Shown here one piece after another: positions 42,808-48,448 of a DNA stretch of 48,448 nucleotides. The stretch comes from a virus. Each line of letters begins with the position of its first letter. The first letter of the stretch is position 1. Where the stretch lies: IMG/VR virus record IMGVR_UViG_3300005331_000001; one strand, given 5' to 3'. A model generated the notes under the pieces. That model was given only the letters and a program-made list of their open reading frames with translations, did not search any database and was not told where the DNA came from. The position numbers and the translations under genes were made by a program.

Positions 42808-43758
42808 ATGCCTATTCACAACATCGTCAGCATGAGCGGCGGTAAAGACAGCACTGCTACGCTGCTGGTCGCCCGCGAGCTGGAGGTGCCGAACCTCAGC
42901 GCTGTAGTGGCTGACACCGGGCATGAGCATCCAGAGACGTACGACTACATCCACTACCTGGCTGAAGCCACCGGCGTTCCCATTCGCTGGGTGAAGGCCG
43001 ACTTCTCCAGGCAGATCGCCGGCAAGCGCAAATTCATCGAGACCAAGTGGCGCGAAAAAGGTGTGCCGGAATCGGTGGTTCTGGGTGCTTTAGAAGTCCT
43101 GAACCCAACCGGCAACCCGTTTCTGGACTTGTGCCTTTGGAAAGGTCGATTCCCCAGCACCAAAGCCCGCTTCTGCACCGACGAGCTCAAGCGCAATCCG
43201 ATCATCGAGCAGGTTTACCTGCCGCTCATGGACGGCGAGAACATGCTGCTTTCTTGGCAAGGCGTTCGGGCTGATGAGTCGCCGGCCCGCAAGTACCTAC
43301 CAGAGTGCGATGAGGTTGGAGGCGGCCTGTTCAACTACCGACCAATTTTGAAATGGACGGTTGATTCGGTATTCGAGGCTCACCGGGCCGCCGGCATCAA
43401 GCCGAACCCGCTGTACTTGCAAGGCTGCAATCGCGTTGGCTGCATGCCCTGCATTATGTGCGCGAAAGACGAGCTCCGGCAGATCGCAGCCAGATGGCCA
43501 GAGGAAGTAGACCGGGTGCGCGAATGGGAGCGGCTGGTGAGCATCGCCAGCAAGCGCGGTGCGGCCACGTTCTTTGCCACCGTGACCGACCCCACCGTCC
43601 GTTCAGATGACAAGGTGAGCGCCGTCACGCACGGAATTGACAGGATTGTCGACTGGAGCAACACCGCGCGCGGCGGCCGCCAGTTCGACATGGTCGACCT
43701 CATCGCCCGCACCGACAGCCAGAACAGCTGCTCTTCAGCCTACGGGCTTTGCGAATAA
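42808..43758 (+). CDS. PAPS-reductase-family (PP-loop ATPase) protein, IbrA/DndC-like (316 aa)
   Basis: PP-loop SMSGGKDST, plus a C-terminal Cys cluster (GCNRVGCMPCIMC). Confidence 0.75.
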   Translation: MPIHNIVSMSGGKDSTATLLVARELEVPNLSAVVADTGHEHPETYDYIHYLAEATGVPIRWVKADFSRQIAGKRKFIETKWREKGVPESVVLGALEVLNPTGNPFLDLCLWKGRFPSTKARFCTDELKRNPIIEQVYLPLMDGENMLLSWQGVRADESPARKYLPECDEVGGGLFNYRPILKWTVDSVFEAHRAAGIKPNPLYLQGCNRVGCMPCIMCAKDELRQIAARWPEEVDRVREWERLVSIASKRGAATFFATVTDPTVRSDDKVSAVTHGIDRIVDWSNTARGGRQFDMVDLIARTDSQNSCSSAYGLCE

Positions 43759-43802
43759 CTCCCCCACTCCACCGCCCGGGCATGGCCCGGCAGGAACTCG
43801 TA

Positions 43803-44702
43803 ATGTCCATATCTCAGGCAAAGCTGAAAGAGCTGCTGCATTACAACCCGGTAACCGGCGTGTTCACCTGGGTTATTGGCCGCAGCCGAACTGCCGCCGG
43901 TACCGCGGCGAACACCAAAGACCGGAAGGGCTATTTGAAAGTGGTAATCGACAAGAAGCCCTACTACCTACATCGACTCGCGTTCCTGTTTATGGTCGGC
44001 GAGTTTCCTCCTGACCTGGTTGATCACATAAACGGCGATCGCGCGGACAACAGGTGGAGCAACCTCAGGCCTGCCACTTACTTGGAAAACGCCAGGAACC
44101 AAAAACTCAATAGCGGGAACCTGACCGGTGTTCGCGGCGTTTCCTGGGATGAGCGTTCAAGCTGGAAGGCATACGCCTATCAAAACAACAGGCAGATTTT
44201 CCTCGGAAGGTTCGAGTCTCTGTTTGAGGCCGCAGCGGCGCGGAAATCGTTCGAGTTGCAGCACAAGTACCACGGCAACCACGGCCGCAACCCGGTGACC
44301 ATGCGCAGCAAAATCCCTGTCGTGTATGTGGCCGGCCCATACCGGGCATCCAGTCGGGAAAAGATTGCTGACAACATCCTGGCAGCTCGGGCTGTAGCCG
44401 TTGCCACGGCACGACTTGGTTGGTTTCCGCTCTGCCCACACACCAACACTGCGCACTTCGATGACGACCTACCCGATCAAGACCAATTCTTCCTTGAGGG
44501 CACCCTGGCGCTGATGGAGCGATGCGACGCAGTCGTCCTAATTGATGGTTGGCGGTACAGCGCCGGAACGCTGGGCGAGGTGCATCGGGCGCGCGAACTG
44601 GGGATGCCGATCTTCGCCTGCCTGGAGGATTTGCCCACAGCCGAAGAGTTCTCCGGCATGACGATGAATCCTGAAAATCCCGAAGCGAGGAATGCATCGT
44701 GA
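43803..44702 (+). CDS. Single ORF fusing HNH endonuclease, an AP2 domain and a DUF4406 (nucleoside 2-deoxyribosyltransferase-like) domain (299 aa)
   Basis: The HNH_3 part is GYLKVVIDKKPYYLHRLAFL..VDHINGDRADNRWSNLR. The AP2 part is GVRGVSWDERSSWKAYAYQNNRQIFLGRFES. From the in-frame ATG at 44301 the DUF4406 part is IPVVYVAGPY...CDAVVLIDGWRYSAGTLGEVHRARELGMPIF. Confidence 0.65.
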   Translation: MSISQAKLKELLHYNPVTGVFTWVIGRSRTAAGTAANTKDRKGYLKVVIDKKPYYLHRLAFLFMVGEFPPDLVDHINGDRADNRWSNLRPATYLENARNQKLNSGNLTGVRGVSWDERSSWKAYAYQNNRQIFLGRFESLFEAAAARKSFELQHKYHGNHGRNPVTMRSKIPVVYVAGPYRASSREKIADNILAARAVAVATARLGWFPLCPHTNTAHFDDDLPDQDQFFLEGTLALMERCDAVVLIDGWRYSAGTLGEVHRARELGMPIFACLEDLPTAEEFSGMTMNPENPEARNAS

Positions 44703-45229
44703 GAAACGTCAAAACGCGTGAGGGCATGGAGTACTGGGACAAGATCTGTTCGCTCAAGCACTACGGGTTCCTGCATTCGCCGGACGGCAAGCGCGTTGTG
44801 AAGACCGAAGGCATCGGCAACTGGATCGACAAGTTCGAAGCGCAGGAGATCGTTGACCAGGCGCAGGATGAGATCAACCAATACCGCGCCGAGCGTGATG
44901 CTCTGCAGGTGCAGCTCACCGCTGCGGATGAGCGGAACGACACCGCGAAATCTTTGATCCAGCGCATCGTCGCCAACTTCGATACCGAGATTGAGTGTAA
45001 CGAGGACGTCGAGCCGAACGACTTGGAGCATGACCAGGTGCTGACTGAGATGCGCGAGTTTCTGAGCCCCAAGGATACTGAATGGCGCATGAACCCATGC
45101 AAGAACGGTCATCGAGATGTCGGTGCCGCTGGCGGCGTAGCGCACTGCTACACCTGCGACGAGAAGATCACGGCGGCCAGCACTCAAGAAGCTTTCGAGC
45201 AATGGAACGCAACACATCCAGCCACTTGA
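44699..45229 (+). CDS. Hypothetical protein (176 aa, GTG start)
   Basis: GTGA overlap with the upstream gene. The middle is a coiled coil. Confidence 0.5.
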   Translation: MRNVKTREGMEYWDKICSLKHYGFLHSPDGKRVVKTEGIGNWIDKFEAQEIVDQAQDEINQYRAERDALQVQLTAADERNDTAKSLIQRIVANFDTEIECNEDVEPNDLEHDQVLTEMREFLSPKDTEWRMNPCKNGHRDVGAAGGVAHCYTCDEKITAASTQEAFEQWNATHPAT

Positions 45230-45326
45230 ACGCCAAATCTCGATAGGAGTACATCCGTACTCCACCCGCAAAACCTGTAACCCCTCCCCCTTCAAAGTCA
45301 GCCGCTATAGCGGCAAGGACGAAGTT

Positions 45327-45752
45327 ATGCCTGAACAAAAGATTACGTTCGTCAACAGCGAACCCGCCAAGTGCGGCTGCAAGATGGAATTCAGCTCTGG
45401 CGGCGGGCATTACTCCGACGTGGTTTACGTCACTCCCTGTGAGGCGCACAGCGGCAGCAAGCCGATCGGGCCGGTCGAGGTGAAGCGCGATGCAGGCGGC
45501 TGGTGGTATCACCCGAACATTCCGAGCTTTGGCGAAGGCGAAGACCCGACGCCCTACATTGCCTGGGTCAAGGAACAAGGTCTGGAACTGAAAGGCTGGC
45601 ACTCTGGCGACGAACTCGAGGATCTTCCTGACGAGGATGCTGCGTGCACCGCCTGGAATCCCGAATCGCCAGGCCCTGAGTGGTTCCTGATGGGGATCTT
45701 CGATACGGATGACGGCCCCTATGTGCAGTGGGCGCGCCGGGCGACGCCATGA
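45327..45752 (+). CDS. Hypothetical protein (141 aa)
   Basis: An AAGGA ribosome-binding site lies upstream. Confidence 0.5.
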   Translation: MPEQKITFVNSEPAKCGCKMEFSSGGGHYSDVVYVTPCEAHSGSKPIGPVEVKRDAGGWWYHPNIPSFGEGEDPTPYIAWVKEQGLELKGWHSGDELEDLPDEDAACTAWNPESPGPEWFLMGIFDTDDGPYVQWARRATP

Positions 45753-45801
45753 TCGCCACCCTCTGGTTCGCCTACTTCTTCATCTACCGAGGGCCCAGGC
45801 C

Positions 45802-46068
45802 ATGAGCGATTCCCCGAAGAGCATTGGCTTCATGGATCACGGCAAGACAAATTGCGGCCTTCTCGTGATGAGCCGGTGGGATGAGCCTGATCGCGCCGGT
45901 AACGCAAAAGACCTGCGGCTCTTTGTAACAGACGTTAAGCGCACCGGCCTAAGCCACTCACGCATTGAGCGCTTCGAGGGCGACCAATTCCCTGAATGGG
46001 TTGGTGAGCTGCACTGCGACGATGCGCAATGTCAGTGCCGACGCTACCTCCGCACTAAACAAGCCTAA
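45802..46068 (+). CDS. Hypothetical protein (88 aa from the ATG at 45802)
   Basis: The internal ATG is chosen. An 18-codon hydrophobic mini-ORF (45749..45805) bridges the gap to the upstream gene. Confidence 0.45.
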   Translation: MSDSPKSIGFMDHGKTNCGLLVMSRWDEPDRAGNAKDLRLFVTDVKRTGLSHSRIERFEGDQFPEWVGELHCDDAQCQCRRYLRTKQA

Positions 46069-46117
46069 CCCTAATCCCCCTACATGCCTGCCGGTGAGCG
46101 GCGGGCGAGGTATTCGT

Positions 46118-46612
46118 ATGCCTGCAAAGTGTGATTACAGCATGGAAAAAAGTGATGCCTCGAACCTGGCGGGCATGGCGCAACTGGATCTGGCAGGGCG
46201 GCGATCTGCGCTGGAGGTGTACCTGAAGATCCACGGGCAACGCCGTTTGGTTGAGTTCACGGCGCAGCTGATCGGCATGGCCAACTCGGTCGCGGAGAAC
46301 TGCGCGGAGATGAGTGACCAGGTGCTGATCGAGGAATGCGGGGTCCACCCCGACAAGTTCACCAGCGTGAACCTGCCAACACTCATCGGCGCCTGCCAGG
46401 GCGTGATGATCGCCAGCAAGTGCGATCCGGCCGGCGCCTGTCACGGGTGCGCATATCGGCTGGGCTCGATTGCTAATCAGTCGCCCATCACCACTTGCGA
46501 TGCGGAGTTCATGGCTCACGACCGAAAGGGGTTTATGTGCCATGCCCACCTGGACGCAGAAGGCGAGCCCACCAAGGTGTGCGTCGGCCACGCAAAAGCA
46601 GCAAAACCCTAA
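46118..46612 (+). CDS. Cys-rich hypothetical protein (164 aa)
   Basis: ATG at 46118. The protein has several Cys and His residues (CHGCAY, CHAH, CVGH). Confidence 0.5.
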   Translation: MPAKCDYSMEKSDASNLAGMAQLDLAGRRSALEVYLKIHGQRRLVEFTAQLIGMANSVAENCAEMSDQVLIEECGVHPDKFTSVNLPTLIGACQGVMIASKCDPAGACHGCAYRLGSIANQSPITTCDAEFMAHDRKGFMCHAHLDAEGEPTKVCVGHAKAAKP

Positions 46613-46648
46613 CCAACCTTCTGCCGCCCAGCGCGGCAAGGACACCAC

Positions 46649-46804
46649 ATGACCATCACCAAAATCATCAAAGGCCCACACCGCTTTGGCGGTTATTGGT
46701 GGGTTATCGCGGACTGCAGCGGCACCAAGCAGCACATGTCTTTCCGCACAGAACATCAGGCACGCCAGATCGCCGTAGGGCACGACAGCGTGACCATCCA
46801 CTGA
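46649..46804 (+). CDS. Small hypothetical protein (51 aa), not in the ORF track
   Basis: An AAGGA ribosome-binding site precedes the start. Translation: MTITKIIKGPHRFGGYWWVIADCSGTKQHMSFRTEHQARQIAVGHDSVTIH. Confidence 0.4.
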   Translation: MTITKIIKGPHRFGGYWWVIADCSGTKQHMSFRTEHQARQIAVGHDSVTIH

Positions 46805-46886
46805 ACATTCTGCCGCCGCACGAAGAGTAAATCTTCACCACGAATATCATTAAGACGCTGCCCAGCATGGGCGGCAGGAGGAAGGT

Positions 46887-47273
46887 ATGGGTGCTCAACA
46901 GCTGATCCCGCGCTTCATTCGAGCCAAAGAGGCTCCGGGTTATCTGGGCATGTGCCGGGCAATCTTCGACGAGACCGTCAGACCCTTCGTCAGCGAGTTC
47001 CCAATCGGAGGGCGTGGCGTCGGGTTCGATCGGCAAGAACTGGACGACTGGGCCACGGCATACGTCGAGGCCAAGGCGATTGATAAAAAAGGCGCAACGG
47101 AGCAACAATCGCCCCGCAGCGAGCGCCAGAAAGGAGATAAATCATGGCGCGAAAATCGATCACAGGCCTCTCCCAAAGGAAAGGTATCTGGCATATCGAC
47201 AAGAAAATCAACGGAGAACGACTTTACGAAAGCACTGGAACTGGTGACCGGGAAGAAGCGGAGCGCTACCTGA
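46887..47273 (+). CDS. xis: Excisionase / AlpA-like HTH protein (128 aa; overlaps int by 130 nt)
   Basis: AGGAGGAAGG ribosome-binding site. FIRAKEAPGYLGMCRAIFDETVRPFVSEFPIGGRGVGFDRQELDDWA fits the excisionase pattern. The gene is immediately upstream of int. Confidence 0.65.
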   Translation: MGAQQLIPRFIRAKEAPGYLGMCRAIFDETVRPFVSEFPIGGRGVGFDRQELDDWATAYVEAKAIDKKGATEQQSPRSERQKGDKSWRENRSQASPKGKVSGISTRKSTENDFTKALELVTGKKRSAT

Positions 47274-48322
47274 TCTACAGGCTGGAGCAGATCCGGCAAC
47301 AGAAGGTGTATGGAGTAAAGAAGGTGAGGATCTGGCGGGAGGCGGCAACTCGTTTCCTGCTGGAGTTCAAAGACCAGCCGTCAATCAAGCTATCTGCCCA
47401 CCACCTTTCACAGCTGGACCCATTCATTGGCGACATGCCGCTGACCCACATTGATGACCAGGCCTTGGTGCCATTCATCAAAGACAGGTTGGCGACTAAG
47501 AAGCTGGAAGATGGGAAGGTGAAGAAGGGTGTCAGCAACAGAACGGTGAATATCTCGATCGAGCGCGTGGTTCGGGTTTTGTCGTTGTGTGCCAGGAAAT
47601 GGCGAGACGATGAGCGCAGGCCGTGGCTGGATAGCGTGCCGATGCTCACAAAGCTGGAAGAGAAGAAATCGAGCCGCAAGCCGTACCCGATGTCATGGCC
47701 GGAGCAGTCGATTCTTTTCGGAGAGTTGCCGGCTCACCTGCAAACCATGGCGCTGTTCAAAGTGAACACCGGCACGCGGGAGCAGGAGGTCTGCAAGCTG
47801 AGATGGGATTGGGAGATTGCGGTGCCCGAACTGGGCACCAGCGTATTTCTGATACCGGCCGACTTTGGCGGTCGGCATGATCGCTCAGGCGTGAAGAACG
47901 GTGACGAGCGACTGGTGGTGCTGAACAGTGTGGCCAGGTCGATCATCGAGAAGCAGCGCGGCATCAGCAAGGAATGGGTTTTCCCATACAACGGCACCGC
48001 GATGCACCGCATGAACGACTCAGCTTGGAAGAAGGCGCGGGTGAGAGCGGCGAAACTCTGGCAGGAGGAAAACCTTCGCCCCGCTCACCCTGGGTATGCA
48101 TCCATCAGGATCCATGACCTTAAACACACGTTTGGCCGCCGGCTGCGTGCAGCTGGCGTAACTGAAGAAGACCGCAAGGCCCTTCTGGGGCACAAGAACG
48201 GCAGCATCACCAGTCACTACTCAGGCGCCGAGCTCGGGCATCTGATCGAAGCTGCGAACATGGTATCAGCAACCGATTCTCGCGGACCGGTCCTGACAAT
48301 TTTGAAGAGGAAGCAGGCGTGA
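47144..48322 (+). CDS. int: Tyrosine integrase (392 aa)
   Basis: The N-terminal arm-binding-type motif GLSQRKGIWHIDKKINGERLYESTGT is present. The catalytic region includes ..TGTREQE.., HDLKHTFGRRLRAAGV and LLGHKNGSITSHY. Confidence 0.92.
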   Translation: MARKSITGLSQRKGIWHIDKKINGERLYESTGTGDREEAERYLIYRLEQIRQQKVYGVKKVRIWREAATRFLLEFKDQPSIKLSAHHLSQLDPFIGDMPLTHIDDQALVPFIKDRLATKKLEDGKVKKGVSNRTVNISIERVVRVLSLCARKWRDDERRPWLDSVPMLTKLEEKKSSRKPYPMSWPEQSILFGELPAHLQTMALFKVNTGTREQEVCKLRWDWEIAVPELGTSVFLIPADFGGRHDRSGVKNGDERLVVLNSVARSIIEKQRGISKEWVFPYNGTAMHRMNDSAWKKARVRAAKLWQEENLRPAHPGYASIRIHDLKHTFGRRLRAAGVTEEDRKALLGHKNGSITSHYSGAELGHLIEAANMVSATDSRGPVLTILKRKQA

Positions 48323-48352
48323 GAAAACGACAAGTCACGCAAATGTCACGCA
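48317..48352. promoter_or_regulatory. Third cluster of TCACGCA motifs, adjacent to the int stop codon
   Basis: GCGTGAgaaaacgacaaGTCACGCAaatGTCACGCA. Confidence 0.35.
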
Positions 48353-48356
48353 CATG

Positions 48357-48385
48357 AAAAAGGCCAATGCTGTGAGCGTTGGCCT
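48357..48385 (-). terminator. Second copy of the tRNA terminator (inside the repeat)
   Basis: Same sequence as 29..57. Confidence 0.7.
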
Positions 48386-48401
48386 AAGTCATTGAATAAT
48401 A

Positions 48402-48448
48402 TGGTCGGGACGGAGTGATTCGAACACTCGACCCCTAGCACCCCATGC
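48402..48448 (-). tRNA. 3' 47 nt of tRNA-Pro(GGG), truncated by the window edge (probably the intact gene)
   Basis: Same sequence as 74..120. The 5' half would lie beyond position 48448. Having int next to this copy is the usual tRNA-int arrangement. Confidence 0.7.

Larger units (their letters stand above)
48329..48448. repeat. Right copy of the 120-bp direct repeat (putative att core)
   Basis: Identical to 1..120. The window ends exactly at the end of the repeat. Confidence 0.85.

Overview
The window is one complete temperate phage genome of about 48.3 kb, most likely a prophage in a high-GC Pseudomonas-like host. That host guess is an inference from composition and protein families. It is bounded by a perfect 120-bp direct repeat (1..120 = 48329..48448). 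The repeat holds the last 47 nt of a minus-strand tRNA-Pro(GGG) gene plus that gene's terminator.

Layout, left to right:
- att copy, then a perfect LexA box in front of a small coiled-coil gene.
- An AT-rich cargo islet: glycosyltransferase-like gene, GNAT acetyltransferase and an LRV fragment.
- A roughly 22-kb minus-strand late operon (2642..24571). Read in transcription order it runs lysis genes, terminase small and large subunits, portal, head genes, contractile-tail genes, baseplate, tail fibre, and a GH19 endolysin at the distal end.
- A Q-like antiterminator followed by a terminator.
- A minus-strand early-right operon: Cro, two RHH proteins, Rha/KilAC, replication initiator, DnaC-like loader, Ea22-like protein, NinB, NinG, Q.
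- A LexA-like CI repressor whose operator motif occurs at two promoters.
- A plus-strand early-left operon (33042..48322) of many small ORFs. It includes ERF and a YqaJ-type exonuclease, two DUF1566 paralogs, an Avd-like four-helix-bundle gene, HNH/AP2-type genes, a PAPS-reductase-like gene, an excisionase and a tyrosine integrase.

The most unusual signal is at 40539..41986. It looks like a diversity-generating-retroelement (DGR) cassette that has two variable repeats, an Avd-like gene and a decayed template-like relic, but no reverse transcriptase. All functional calls come from reading the translations and recalling protein families. No database search was run.
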